From Chrysomallon squamiferum (taxonomy: Eukaryota > Animalia > Mollusca): a DNA stretch of 64,000 nucleotides. The translations under genes were made by a program, and so were the position numbers. The notes beneath the pieces are model-generated. The model was given only the letters and a program-made list of their open reading frames with translations, was not told the DNA's origin and made no database searches. Location: assembly GCA_012295275.1 (NCBI GenBank), contig CM022667.1, positions 6,324,001-6,388,000 on the forward strand, given 5' to 3'. Every line of letters begins with the position of its first letter. Within the stretch, counting starts at the first letter, position 1. This document shows positions 27,858 through 62,644 of the stretch, in pieces.

Positions 27858-29170
27858 ATATATATGTACACACACTCATACACACACACATATATATATA
27901 TATATGTACACACACACACACACATTCATACAGACGTATCTAATCTAAATATGCATACCTCAGTTAAAATATTCTCCAGAATTTTTACATTAGGTACTCA
28001 TTCATCTATGTACATGTGAAAGCATGTGTGTATGTGTGTGTATAATGTATGTGTATATGTGTAATATTAAAGTCTGATATAATACCATACTTTGTTAAGC
28101 AAAAACAAATGTCTGAGTGATGCTATATATTAATGTATGTGTATGTAACAATATTGCATGAATAAACTGTATTCTCAAAAGTACTTTTAAGGGTTTTTTA
28201 AAGCAAATGAACAGAACAAAATAAATAACAGCCATTTTTTACAATCTGCACAGTGCCATTTCTTCCAGGTACCATTTTTTCTACAACCCATCAAAGAGAA
28301 CATTACCAGCTGCTTTGTGTGCAGTGCTAATCCATCAAAATACAGAATCTATAAATAACACTTTTAACTCACATTAAAACAATTTTCATTTGTACAGGCA
28401 TTTGGGACTCTACAAAGAAAACAAGAAACTAATGTACTTTCGTGTTTCTATAATCATACTCCAGTTTTACTTTTTTTATAATTTTACAGTTTAAAGGTGT
28501 GCACGTTCACACATGCAGTAAGAAAAGTTCCCCCATCATGCCGTGATATCGTCTTTTATCGAAACATTATCATTGTTGAATTATGTATTACATAATTAAT
28601 TAATTAATTACTAAGACAGGTGCAAGAAATATAATCTTGCTTAGGGTGAAAAAAATAAATAGTTTGATACTTGTCCGTGTCATAGTTTACTGTTTTAACA
28701 TACACACAACACATACTCTGAGTGGCAACACGTCTAGCAATGTAGCAGTCACAGACACAGGTGATGAAAAGCCTTGATACTTGGAATATAGTAAACAATC
28801 AAATCTGGAAAATACAAAATTTTCAACTTCACTCCATTTCCCACTTGAAGTCTTACCTCTGCTTACTATATCGATACTAATTATACGATCAGGGCAACCT
28901 CTCTCAACTCACTTTCCACTAACGTACATTTTACACATACACCCATAACGATTTTAACTTAACAGTAACAAACTTCACCCAACATAACCTATTTTTTCAA
29001 CTATACATTTTTTCTCAACATAATATTATACTGTACGACATTTACTTAAATTTGTTGTTATTGTATTAACTATTAATATAACTATTACTAATATAATGTG
29101 GGTGATATAATGAATTTATTAATTTAAAAACAAAACTTACGTTTCTGTAACTTTTGGTAAAATCACAAGT

Positions 29171-29188
29171 ACAGGAAGTAAATTATCG
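29171..29188. promoter_or_regulatory. Conserved ETS-like promoter motif
   Basis: caggaagtaaattatc is identical ~320-330 bp upstream of both paralogous ATGs (also 50358-50373) in otherwise divergent flanks. Confidence 0.5.
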
Positions 29189-29489
29189 CTTGCGTAGTCG
29201 TTTCCAGAAGTATATTTGGCTATTTTCATGAACTATAATACATTAATAGTAATATATTCGTGGAAAATAATCTTAAAATATTTTTTTTTTTTTTTTTTTT
29301 TTTTCAAAATAACGTTCTGTATAATAATTTGTATACAGTACAGTATTATGGTGTAAATTATGAACAAAACTAGTTTCTCTCTATCTGGTATCTGTGTCTC
29401 TTCTCTGCACTTGTAAACCTAAACCAGTTCTGTAAAATTATTCGCTCAAATAGCCTCATTTACGTAAGGATGTAGACTTGTAATAGAAA

Positions 29490-40635
<11,146 letters not shown>

Positions 40636-40778
40636 GATGACTGCTGGAATTTTCCTAACAAATTTACTGTTGCTTGTTTCTGCGATTCGTTTTAAATAAT
40701 ATTTAACAAATTATTATTATTATTTTTTCGTTAACAAATTGATTCTTTTTTATTTGTTTAAGAGGCTTCTCAGAATTT

Positions 40779-40837
<59 letters not shown>

Positions 40838-41080
40838 TGAAGGTTAAGTATAATCATTTCTTTTTCTTCTTTCTTTTTTCAATTTTAATTTTAATTTTAA
40901 TTTTTCTTTATTTTTTATGTTTATATATCTTTTTTATATGTAAATTGTTCCTCCCACACAACTTGCTCATGTTTCACACCTGTTTCACTTTCTGGCTTGT
41001 TTTAGAGTTTCTCTTTCACTGGTGGAATATTCTTAAGTTGATTCTTTTATATTTGTTCAAGAGGCTTCTCAGAATCTCTG

Positions 41081-41158
<78 letters not shown>

Positions 41159-42290
41159 GAAGTTTATGAATAATCATTTCTTTTTCTATCCCTTTCTGTT
41201 TTTAATTTTAATGTTAATTTTTTATATATATGTAAATTGTTCTTCTCACACAACGTGCTCATGTTTCACGCATGTTTCACTTTCTGGCTTGTTTTAGAGT
41301 TTCTCTTTCAGTAACATCTCAGTTTATTAGAAATGTGATGTTGAATATGTTCATTTACCTCATTTGGTTTTGATATATTAGTTATGGTTGTTGTTAAGCT
41401 CTATGCTGAATGAATACTAGCTAGTTTTCAAGTAAATCCTAAAAGTTAATAAATAAAATATTGCTATGTTAAAAATTTGTGTTCTGTTCTCTGTTGGAAT
41501 GGTTACGTAGGAAATGTCTGCTCGTCAAAAGTGTTTGAGTAACCAATATTTATTTTTGGTTTCTTTTGTGTTAAGAACGGTTTACATTTGTGTCCTGTTT
41601 GGTTAGTAAATTTCATATTCCAAAATATTTCTATTCATAACTTATTAGCAACTATGCTTTTAGAATTGTTGTTGTTATTATTCACCCATTTTCTTATTTG
41701 AAGCTGGGGCTAATGTAACTGTATCTATAATAGTTCTTCTTTCTTTTAGATTAATACGAAACATATTACATTATAATTATGTGATTATTACGTTATGACT
41801 TGGTTATGATATGGGTAATGTTCATTATGTTATAATTACGTAAATGTGTGCATGGTTTGTTATTGTGACAAAATTTAATTTATAACATAAAAATGTTATA
41901 GATTTTTTTAAAGGTATTTTCATTAGATACAAATAGAGGCATAATTACATAACTGTAAAATGTTATACAAGGAATTCAAACATCTGTCTCTATGTTGACA
42001 TTTTGGGGATTGGATCATTCATTATTTATTTCATTATGTATTTATTTTAATGATAATTAAGCCCTATATGTGCATTTGGTATGTTTGTACTGTGTGCGCA
42101 TATGTATGTATAAATGTATTTGTGTGTGTGTGTGCGGGGAAGTAGTAATTGTGTTAGAAAATTTCGGTTATTTTTAATTTGTCATTTTATTTATTAGGTT
42201 AATGTAGAGAAAAAACACATTATTTGTTTACCAGTTGTTTTGTTATTATTATTATTACTTTTACAAAAATGAATTTATCTGAATTTTCAG

Positions 42291-42537
42291 ATGGTCCAGA
42301 AAACATTAAACTGAACAGAAGTTCACCAGTAAAGATAATAGAAAACGTGGCTGTTTTGTGTGAGGCAGACTGTGATGAAGTCTGCTCTTACAAGTGGAAC
42401 TGACAAACAAAGGAAATGAATGATGCTGTACTTTCTTTTACACAAATACATAACAGAGGCTGGAGTTTGTGTGTGTATTGTCACCAGTGTAAACACAAAC
42501 AAGTCAAAAATCAAAACTGTTATTTTAGATATAGAGT
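42291..42537 (+). pseudogene. Orphan pseudo-exon, copy of Ig exon 3343-3596
   Basis: ttcag|GPENIKLNRSSPV..CEADCDEVCSYKWN* ... |gtaagt; stop and frameshift. Confidence 0.8.
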
Positions 42538-42649
42538 GTAAGTATCTAACATCATGTACCTTTTTAAAACTGTTACTTGTACATTATCCAAAAAAACTAT
42601 TTATTTAAAGTACATTGTAAAAGTTTCTTTCAAGTAACTATGATTTAAA

Positions 42650-42965
42650 GCAATATGGTCTACATCTGTATATCTTTACAACCTAGATTGTAAAACAAAA
42701 AGATCTAAATCTTTTTAAGTGATTGTAAAACAGAATGATCTACATCTTTATATCTATGTTTGTAAAAGAATATGGTCTACATCTTTATATCTTTATAACT
42801 ATGTTTCTAAAAAAATATGGTCTACATCTTTTTATCTTTATAACTATGATTGTAAAACAATATAGTCTACATCTTTTTATCTTTATAACTGTGACTGTAA
42901 AACAATATGATCTACATCTTTATATCTTTATAACTGTGACTAAAACAATATGATCTACATCTTTG
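42650..42965. repeat. ~45-bp minisatellite, ~7 copies
   Basis: Unit aaaacaatatgatctacatctttatatctttataactgtgactgt. Confidence 0.85.
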
Positions 42966-43671
42966 TATCAAGCTTCAGGGCTGAAGCTCTAAATTAATGA
43001 TGTTTCTGGTTGTTGTTTTCTTGTTGTATTTTTGTTTGTTTGCTTGGGGCGAGGTTATTGTTTTTTCCACTTGTGAATAACAGTTATTGAATTGATTTTA
43101 AATAATTAATAGACAGCAATACCAGTCAAGTATAAAACAACTCAATCACACTCAGAGTAAAAAGAAAATAAGAGTAAAACAGAAAGAGCTAACAGGAAAC
43201 CTTATCATCAAATACTATATGTCCCATAGTTTATTTACTTATTCATTTATTTATTTATTTGCTTCATTGAACAGATGCATGTATTGTCACAGTATGCAGA
43301 TTTAATACACAATATGAATAAAGGGCAATTATTTTGTCATGACAGTTTAATTAAAACCATTGACTAATTAGACTAAATCTATTTTCCATAATTTTCCTTC
43401 AACAAGAAATGTTTTCTAAATGCCCCTATTGGCAGTAATCAAAAATGGTTTATCCGAATTCTCTCACATTTGCTATAATTGTCAGTTTTGTTTATTATAG
43501 CTGGGAACATTCAAATATTTCTTAATTTGAATCATTTGTGAAGTAATTACCTTATTGAAGAGTTAGTATTGCTGGCTAAAAATCACTATATATATACATA
43601 AACTAATTTCCTTTTCTAAATTTCAGTTGTGTTCTTATTATTCATAATCAAAACATATATATATATATATA

Positions 43672-43719
<48 letters not shown>

Positions 43720-44526
43720 TATTATATACATACATAAACTAATTTCCTTTTTTAAATTTCAGTTGTGTTCTTATTACTCATAATCAAAATATATATATAT
43801 ATATATTATTATTATTATCATTATTATTATAATATTAGCATTCTTTTTCACCTTTTAATTTTTTTAATATTAATTGATAATAACAATGCTTTCGACTGGA
43901 TTTATCTTACCTAGCTTTCACAGATGTACATAAGTACAAAAATATGCAAACATTCACATATATATATAGAAGATACTCATACTTAAATTTTATTTCAGCT
44001 TACAAATGTACATTATTTGGCTGATTAGTCGAAAGGGTAATTTGAAAAGAAAAAAATTATGACGGATGAAAACTACACAAACACATAGTGATGCATGCAT
44101 ACATCTACAGACACATCTGAAATATTTGAAATAAAGTAAAATCCCATAATTCCCTAATTTTCAGTATTTTGTTTGTTTCAGACAGTTTAACAGGAATCAC
44201 CTGTCTGTGACGTTCTTCAACAAAGTCAAGGTCAGTATATACATACCAAGTGTAACAGATTAAAGAATGTCTGAATTAAAGCAGACGTGCTGTACGCCTG
44301 TGATCTTTGTTTTCAAAATAACAGACACATTTTACACATGAAATACATTGCTTTTTGTTTTTGTTATATTACGTTTCTAACATTTTCTTTACTCTCAGCA
44401 ATATATATATATATATATATTATTGTAATTTGTTAGAAAACATATCTTCTATTTTTGTACATTTTATCTGTTAACTCAGATACAACAAGAAGACACTCTA
44501 TTACTCACTCTGTTACTTGTTTACAG

Positions 44527-44619
44527 TACAAACAATTACTCATCACTGGAAGCTAGAAAAGACTCGTCATAATCTGATCTGTACTCACTGTCTATGAAAA
44601 CTCACAAGTCACAGGCTGA
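44527..44619 (+). pseudogene. Possible relic cytoplasmic terminal exon with YSSL / DLYS / VYEN
   Basis: ttacag|TNNYSSLEARKDSS*SDLYS; shifted frame TVYENSQVTG*. Confidence 0.4.
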
Positions 44620-44706
44620 ACTCAGATGTGTTTGTCTGTGTCTTGTATTTCATATTTGCTTATTGAATGAACCTGAACTGATGTCTGACATTTGAGGATG
44701 TTTTCA

Positions 44707-44744
<38 letters not shown>

Positions 44745-45750
44745 GTGATACCTCATACACGGTCAAATTTAAGATTAGGCATAAAATATGAAGTCATCAG
44801 CTTGTTTTGTACCTATATATAAAAATAAATTAAGACTGCTGGTTCAATTTACTTTCCATTTACTTGCCAAGAAACCAGGGATTAACCAAAATTTCCAGAC
44901 TCTGGTATATGGTATTTCCAAAAACATTCCAAGAAATAATTTGAAAATTCATAATAAAAGTTGATCTAGCACATAATGGACCTTATTGTTTCATGAAATC
45001 TTTCAGAATAGTACACATAATGTTACAGCATTACAACATGTAACAAGAAGCTGCACTCTTTGACTGACACCAACTTGATGTTGTTTCCTGCTTCACAAGT
45101 GTAAAATCCTGTATCCAGACATCCAGCTTCATTCCAGCTGTACTCCACTGACTTGGAGGTGTTCACTTCACGTAGAATGTGTGAGTTGTTTAACAGTTTG
45201 ATGTGAGATGCTGGATTACTGTCAACTTCACATCTCAGAGACATAGGAGTGAGTTCATCAACTGTTAACTTTGTAGACTTTGAGTTTAAAGTGAAAGATG
45301 TTATTGACGTCTGAGCTATAACATATGTTAAATTCATTGAAAAATAGACGGTAGCAACATGGACTAAAAAAATAAATAAATAAATAAATAAACGATTGTA
45401 TTGCTTATTGTTATTATTATTGTTTTCTCACTGTTACTGATGTAAATAAAGAGATAATGATTAGTGATTCAGAAATAAGACAATTGTGACTGGGATTAGT
45501 CATTTATCTGTTATGTAATCACCAAGAAATAGTAAAATAATCAAATTTCAATCTTGTACAGCACTTCATACAACATCTAACTTGTAATATAATATTTAGA
45601 ATGACAAATTCAATCAAATTTGACTGAATGCACAACTCATAGATTTTAACTGGACAGCTACTTGTCAATTTACGAAAAAAGATAAATTCATTATAATTAT
45701 GTTTGTTTTTTCTGGTTTTTTTTTTAAATTTGTTGTAGCTCTTACTTAGT

Positions 45751-45787
<37 letters not shown>

Positions 45788-46403
45788 GTGACTTTTGTTC
45801 CAAGTACTATAGTAAAATTACTTCAATACATTATGAGACACATAAAATAATAAACACGAAAGACTGGCTTGATAATGAAAGGAATTTAACTGTATCACAC
45901 ATTAGCACACACAAATACACACAGAAAGGTAAACAGAAAAAAATATATTATTCTTACACACAGGCATGATTTTTGACTGTGTAGTTAACTGTATTTATAC
46001 AACTATATTCAGTATTATTAATGAATAAAATAAAATTATTATAACAAAACTAAACTCACACAGGACATCCAGTGTAACTGTTGTGTACTTTGATTTCTTT
46101 TAGTTTGTGTAGACTCACGTTTACTTTTACTCTGTCTTTACAAAGTACAAATAAAAATATCTAGAGTTTCACGTTACATATACAAATATCTTTTCTATGT
46201 TGCATCTAATACAGTAAAAGCAGAATGTTTGGCAACAGAGAAACGTATAGCTTTCTATGCTGTTTATTAAACGGCATTTATTATTTACTGGCTTCCTCTT
46301 TTCAACTGAAAATATATTATTCACAAACTGTCGATATATTTATGAAAATGGGATGATACATGCAGATAAATTTCTGTTAATGCACATACAATATAATCTC
46401 TCT

Positions 46404-46439
<36 letters not shown>

Positions 46440-47145
46440 ATCTATCAATTTATCTATCTATATAGACATAAATATTTAACAATGTTCTAGCTGTACTTAC
46501 AGTAAACATACAGTTCAATCTTCCGATTTTTCTACTGGTATAGTCGGGTTGTTTGCTGTACATTTATATATGTCACCTGTCTATTGTCTACTGATGTGTG
46601 TCAGAGTTAACTGAGAAATTGTAGAAAGTTTCTTATTCTTCTGTAGGATTACAGAGAGAAGTACAGGTGACTGTCAGTGGGTCACCTTCTACAACTCTAC
46701 CAGGTGATGATGGACTCAGTCTGACACTGGACCATCTGAATTCGAAAATGTGGAAATTGCATAAATAGTATTCAAGAAGTTCAGAATCATCATTACTGCT
46801 TTCAAAACAAAAGTGATTCATGCATCAAAATGTTAAAAAGTTCTTAATGTTAATGTCCAAAACAAAAACAACAACAGCAACAGAAATATATCTATGTAAT
46901 TTAAAAAGCGAAAAGAAAAATAATTACTAATAAAACGAAAGAAACATAATGATATGTAATTAATATTTTAAGTCTAGATTGCAATTCAAAGACAAATATT
47001 GAGAGTGTAAACAATGGATAATTGCGTAAGATTTTTCAAAACACTTTTAAGAGTTGGATGAAAAAAATTTCTGCACATTCCACACTGACATATATTCAGA
47101 AATGTGATACATTTAAAAAAAATATGATAAACTGTTTTAACTCAC

Positions 47146-47475
47146 ATATTTTAGTTTTTCTACATGTAGATTGAATTCCACGATCTCCATCTTGACAAGT
47201 CCATATTACAAAGTATGTTGCTGTGTTAAAAGACTGGATAGTGAGAGTAATAGTCTGTGTTGTTGAGTCAATGTGAGCAGAGTAACCAGTGAAACCAGAC
47301 AACAGTCGACATCGAGTATTTTGTGTGCTACACTGAACAACATTTTGTGATGATCCAGAAGTAGGTCGAGAAAAGAGAATTCCACTTCTAACAGTACCAC
47401 TAACTTTACACACCAACAGTGTTCTGTGTCCTTGTTGTCCACCACCCATACACTCAAGTCTTGTAGTAGACTCAC
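47146..47475 (-). pseudogene. Receptor C N-terminal V-like Ig exon (open frame)
   Basis: tacag|GESTTRLECMGGG..LVCKVSG..GILFSR..QC..RC..TLTIQSFN..WTCQDG..STCRKTKI|gtgag, 330 nt. Confidence 0.8.
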
Positions 47476-47770
47476 CTGTAATTATTATTAAATATCAGGT
47501 ATATCTATTATTTTTAATATTACAGTTATTTTACATTCTGAGTACTTGTTGTACATACAGTCAAGTGTTGTAGTAGCCTCACCTGTAATTATTATTAAAT
47601 ATCAGGTATATCTATTATTTTAATATTACAGTTATTTTACATACTGTGTACTTGTTGTACATACAGTCGTGTTGTAGTAGTCTCACCTGTAATTATTATT
47701 AAACAGTAATACCAGGTATATCTATTATTTTTTATATTAGTTTACATACTGTGTACTTGTTATCTACTAC
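47455..47770. repeat. ~107-bp tandem triplication spanning the V-exon acceptor
   Basis: Three copies of gtagtag..tcacctgtaattattattaaa..caggtatatctattatttt. Confidence 0.85.
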
Positions 47771-49124
47771 TCATAGTTTAAAATCACATCATCCACATAG
47801 AGACATACCAAAGAAATAATAAAACACTGTGATCTATGGCTGTTGCTCTTGTTGTTTTTAATTTTATATATATTTAATATAAAAAGACAACAAAACTACT
47901 ACATCCTGGAGCTCAATCTGTTCATACTATATCGTGACAAGATAATCATAACAAATAATTAATTATTTGGGTTTTTCAATGAATTCCATAAATATAATAC
48001 AGAAAGGCAAGAATAACACTTTGAAAAATTGCTTCTAATAAAAAAGGTCAGTGGTGCAAATTCGGTACTGATGCCGAAAGTGGAATATTTTCAGATGACG
48101 ACAAATTCAAGGAAGCTTGTTTGGTCTAATTGAAAGGTATGAAATACTCCAGTATGATGATTATGTTTTTACCTAGGTGTATGAATACTCCGAGGGAAAA
48201 CACTGAAGTTTTCAAGTCCCTTTGCATTCAGAACCAGAAACATACATGTTACAACAAACAAGGAGTTTGGAGCATAAGTGTGAGTGATTCTAAGTAAGTG
48301 TATGCAACTGATGATAAAGGGTCAGAGTCCATCAAGACACCTGACTGCAGCCACTGACATCGTAACATGCATTGTATCGCACTGGAAAGTTGTATTAATG
48401 TTATCATTTATTAGCAGTTATTTGTTTGGTTTAGATTTTCAATTGTTTTAATTTCTTTATATTAAATCAACAAAAAAAAAATAAGAATAAAGATTAAAAG
48501 TAACTTTTTTAATGTTAATTATTTTGATGTCCAGCTTATCATTAACTTTTAATTACTTCGTAAAAAATATTTCATCTTTTCATTAATTGTGTTTACCTAA
48601 AATATTTGTGTGTGTTTATTGTTGTTGCTGCTGGTGGTGGTGGTGGTGGTGGTGTGTGTGTGTGTGTGTGTCTCCGTGTGTCTGTGTGAAATGGTCATCA
48701 CTAACGTATCGAAACTGGCATCTAACACTAGAACATCCACAAGTTTTAAACCATAGAAACATAATTATCTAAGAGAAGAAATGAATGATTAGAAGATACA
48801 CCAAAGATACAAGTTTATATTCAAAGAAATAGTCTATATATATTTTGTGTTCTTCAAAGTTATTGTATTATTTCTATTTACTGCAAAACTGATCTGATAT
48901 CAACGTACAAGAATAGAACAGAGTTAACAAAGCCAGTGTTCTCCCATATTTCTGTTCAGACAAAATAATCAGATTTTACAAATTTGTTGAATAAAAAATA
49001 ATAAACAGTGTATTTATGAATATGTATTCAGCAGTAAAAGTTCCTGCAAGATCAGTTATGTAATTTTAGGGTGCTGTCTATAAAAAATGTAAATATTACT
49101 ATCGTCACCAATGTGAAACAAGTG

Positions 49125-49320
49125 AATCATGAACCATCTTCTACCAGACAATTCCTTTCAAGTACTCTGCCAGTTCGTACCTCCATCCTCTTGCTTGTCA
49201 TCCTCTACATCGTTGCCCTTCGTAGGTTTTTTAAGTCTTGATTATTTACTGAAGTGTCCAGCCCAGGACCACTTCCATCTTCTAACATGTTCAGTCACTT
49301 TTCTGATTCCAGCTTGCATC
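49125..49320 (-). mobile_element. RTE-like LINE 3' fragment
   Basis: VTEHVRRWKWSWAGHF, typical of the RTE ORF C-terminus. Confidence 0.65.
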
Positions 49321-50571
49321 ATTGTTTATTTTTCACTCAGAGCCTTCTCTGGTCTCCGTTTTGGGTTTTTGTAGCAGTTTGTGTAAGTTTGCACATGGAT
49401 AGGTAATTCTTGAGATCTTTGTTATTTCCTTAGCATTTTTGTTTTTTATGTTTGTGTAATAGTAAACAGTAAAAAAAAAAAAAAGCAATACAATGTGGTG
49501 CATGAAATATTTCTGGTAGTCATAAAAATTTCTGAAATTTTTGAAGGCAATAACCATAAAATCAGCAAGTTGAAGTTTCCGCATGCTCTGCTAATCATGT
49601 GGGTTAATTTAGTTTTGCATTGCAAATTTAGATGGTATTCTTACTCCCCTTAAACTATGCTGTGACAAACTTTTACTTTTTTATATTAATTTTGATTTGG
49701 TGGAGGGACAAACAATGTTTCAGTAGCATTAATTTCTGTCTTTTAGCAACTTGGTTGTTAACTTCAGTTCAAATATAACTCTGGATCTATGTTTAATGTA
49801 AATGGATAAGTAAATGTACAACAGTCAGGGAAGAAATGAAGCCATATATCCTTGTGAGCAGAGGTTATATCAGTGATTGTGGACTTAAGCATTCAGTTGT
49901 AACAGCCATAATCAATTCAACATTCCCCCCACCCATTATGAAAAATATGACTTTATCAAAAAACTTACTTAATTAAATATATATATAGCATTCGTGCATA
50001 TTGATATTTACCTGCGGTATTTGTTCGCTGCTGTTGGGATTGATTGTTACTGCTAACAAAAGAATGATAAATAATTGAAATAATTGAAATAAATAATCTT
50101 TCTTTCTTAAATTTTCACAACAAAAGCTGTTTCACTTTTCAGTGTCCCTTTTGAAGAGGAAAAATACTCTTTCTCAAATACATAATTATAATAAATAATT
50201 AAATATGTACTTAAAGTAGCAAACGATGTCGGATATGAACGAATTTTTTTTTGTATCGTTTGACATTTTTACTGAAATATTATACAGAAATAATGAATTC
50301 AAAAATGAAAGAGCACTCACCGATGTAGAGTCGTTATCCCGAAATCACGACACGGTGCAGGAAGTAAATTATCAATAAGCAGGCATCGGGACCATTCATT
50401 ACAATTGAATTAGGTTTTGGTTCGTAAATAACAGCAAACTTGACTGAGATTAGTAAAAGTTGTCAAAACCGGTTTGTAAGACAGTAAAGCAATAACGTGA
50501 AAATAAAGAAATGTTTATGAAATAGAGTTTATGCCATACATTATAACAGTATCAGTTTTTGACAGAATATC

Positions 50572-50609
<38 letters not shown>

Positions 50610-50689
50610 ATTGCCTTTTTCATTTTTTCGACTAAACCAGTTGGCTTGAAAGGAGTCGCCCAAATAAACTCATTTGTGTAAGCAGGAAA

Positions 50690-59644
<8,955 letters not shown>

Positions 59645-59762
59645 CAAATTTACTGTTGCTTGTTTCTGCGATTCGTTTTAAATAATATTTAACAAATTAT
59701 TATTTTTTTTTTTCATTAACAAATTGATTCTTTTATATTTGTTTAAGAGGCTTCTCAGAATT

Positions 59763-59856
<94 letters not shown>

Positions 59857-60527
59857 TGAAGGTTAAGTATAATCATTTTTTTTTTTTTTTTCTTTTTTTA
59901 ATTTTAATTTTAATTTTAATTTTTCTTTATTTCTTATGTTTATATATCTGTTTTATATGTAAATTGTTCCTCCCACACAACTTGCTCATGTTTCACGCCT
60001 GTTTCACTTTCCGGCTCGTTTTATAGTTTCTCTTTCAGTAACGGCGCACTTTATTAGAAATGCGATGTTCAATATGTTCATTTGCTTTATTTACTACCTC
60101 ATTTGGTTTTGATATTTTAGTTATGATTCTTGTTAAGCTTTATAATATACACTCAATAAATACTAGCTTGTTTTCAAGTAAATCCTAAAAGTAAATAAAT
60201 AAAATATTGCTATGTTAAAAATTTGTGTTGTGTTGTCTGTTGGAATGGTTACGTAGGAAATGTCTGCTCGTCAAAACTGTTTGAGTAACCAATATTTATT
60301 TGTGTTTTCTTTTGATTTGTTTTAAGAACGGTTTACATTTTTATCCTGTTTGGTTAGTAAATTTCATATTCCAAAATATTTCTATTTATATCTTGTTTTT
60401 GAAAAATTATTTTCATTACATATAAATACAGTTATAATTATGTAACCGAAAAATGTTATAAATTTCAAACGTTGATATTTGAGGTATTGGATTATTTCAT
60501 TTTTTTCAAAATTTACTTCATCATGCA

Positions 60528-60586
<59 letters not shown>

Positions 60587-60694
60587 GCGCGAGTGTGTGT
60601 GTATGTGTTTTAATAGTTTCTAGGGGTTTTCGTTTTCTGTACTGGCCGGTTTGAGTTGTTTTTTCCTTTGATTCAATGTTTTTATTTTCTGCAG

Positions 60695-61366
60695 GACGTA
60701 GATGATATTTATTCAATTGTGGATAAATCTGAGAAACTTGGAGCGGATAAAAAGTATAAGTTAAAAGAGAAGACAAAGAAAACTGGTTTGTATGATACAG
60801 ATTTCTAAAATTATATTGCAACAGTTTTCTTTATATCACATCAATAGAAAAGAAAGAGAAAAAAGTTATTTGGTTTTACATTTCTAATTTTAATTAAAGT
60901 TTTAGGCAAATGTAACAAACAGGTGTATATCTGCAGTATGTTTATAATTTTATTTTGATGTTATTTGTTAAGAAAACCTCTTTGATATCACACTAAATAT
61001 AAAATAATTCTAAAGTTAAATTGCACAACTGAAGATAAATAAAACTAATGTCTAACAAACAATTTGTATATATGTTTATTTGTGTATGTATGTGTGTCTG
61101 TGTGTGTGTGGGTGGGTGGATGGGTGGATGGTTGGGTGTTTGTGTGAATATATATGTACTTGTATGTTTGTTATTTTTAAGGTTTACAGCCAGCAACGAC
61201 TAAAAGAAGAAATGAATGTCAGCTGATTTACACTTACGTTGAGTTTAGAAAGGAGAAAATGTCACAGCCCATCTACAAAAAAGAAGAACTGAAAGTGTAC
61301 ATTCAGACTGACTTCTCAAAGAGAGCCCCACAGTTGTCTGATGTCAATCAAGAAAGGTCAAACTGA
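60695..61366 (+). pseudogene. Orphan cytoplasmic-tail exons of another receptor-family member
   Basis: 60695-60785 DVDDIYSIVDKSEK..; 61190-61366 PATTKRRNECQLIYTYVEF..KKEELKVYIQTDFSKRAP..SN*, paralogous to 9552-9738. Confidence 0.75.
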
Positions 61367-62644
61367 AATGTCAAAGTGGAAAATGAATTTAGAATGTAGG
61401 CAAAATAATAAATAACAATTTAAAACTGAAATAAGATAATATTAACAGAAGTCAAAAGAAAACAAAAATGGTCTGATGCTCTTTAGACACAAACTGCAAA
61501 GCAATTAAAATGCAAACAAAAATGTACTGAATTTGAAGTTGAGAAATAAAAAATGGCGAAATAATCCAAACAAAATAAGCTTTGTGAAAGCTAGAAAAAG
61601 CAGTACAAAATATATGTTAATATATATAAGTGAAAATTATATAATTACTTCTCTTTAGTTTTGTTGTTACATGATCATGATGTATTTTATGAAAGGAAAT
61701 CTCAAAATATTGGCTTTACAGTGTAAGCAGTATCAATATGTAATACTTTTATTATTTTTACTATTTTTATTTATTTGGTTAATAATTTTCTTTATGTTTA
61801 TAAATTATTTCCCTGTTAAGATAGACACTGTTTCTTTTATTCTTATTTTGTAAAGGGAAGAAGAAAGTTAATCTGGAATCACAATGATAACATTTCACAT
61901 TTGAAAGTAGTAAAATAACAGTGTTCAAAGTTTTTGTACTATAAAAAACTATATTATTTTAGTATAGTCCATGTGTGAAAGGAAAAAAGGTTTTTCCATA
62001 AATCGTTATATCTGACATAGGAAATAATTATTTCTGTAATTGAGGTAAATGTGTTTGTATGTATGTCTATGGATATTTAGCCATTTAGAAACTTCATCGT
62101 ATGACATTGACATGGTCTTTTTTCATGCGGTTATCATGGGAAAACATTACCAGTGGCTGTCTTAGTAGAAATGCTCCCTATGCTGCTCCTTTTCTCTCCG
62201 AATTTGTGTCAGTATTTTGAAATATTTCAATGCAAATCTAAGCTGAGCACCTAATATAGATTATCTTGTAGATATAAACACAGCATGTGCGTTTGAAATG
62301 TTCTGGATTTAATAATTTACTGTTTGCTACAGGAAGAAATTAGTGTTATTTTATCAATTTCAAATTAACAGTTACTCTTCTGAAAGTCACAAAGGCCTAA
62401 TTACTTAATATATCAAGATAAATGTTGATAGGCATCTTTGTTTATCTCTTGAGTAAAATAACCTTTAAGGCAAATTCATGGAAGTAGATTTACATTATTT
62501 TCTGCTGATATATGTGACAGGAAATTGCCTTCCTATGAGTTTTACACATTGTTGTCTCTAAAGCTAATAAATTAGTATTGATATATTGTTGCATGTATTT
62601 GAAAGTTTGCATATTTTTTGTTTTATTTTGAGGAATTTTTTTCC

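Larger units (their letters stand above)
45038..50110 (-). pseudogene. Second multi-Ig receptor pseudogene (receptor C), head-to-head with B2
   Basis: Degenerate leader ~50011-50110 (LFQLFIILLLAVTI, no ATG); intact V-like exon 47146-47475; C2 exon 46501-46735 (frameshifts, TAG); 3' remnant 46060-46120 (TTVTLDVL|gtgag); Ig exon 45038-45315 nearly identical to 3841-4119 with late frameshift; no TM found. Confidence 0.8.

Noticed and set aside
42650-42965. CRISPR-like array (also 58620-58820, 62645-62820)
   Set aside because: No unique spacers; ordinary minisatellites in eukaryotic DNA.
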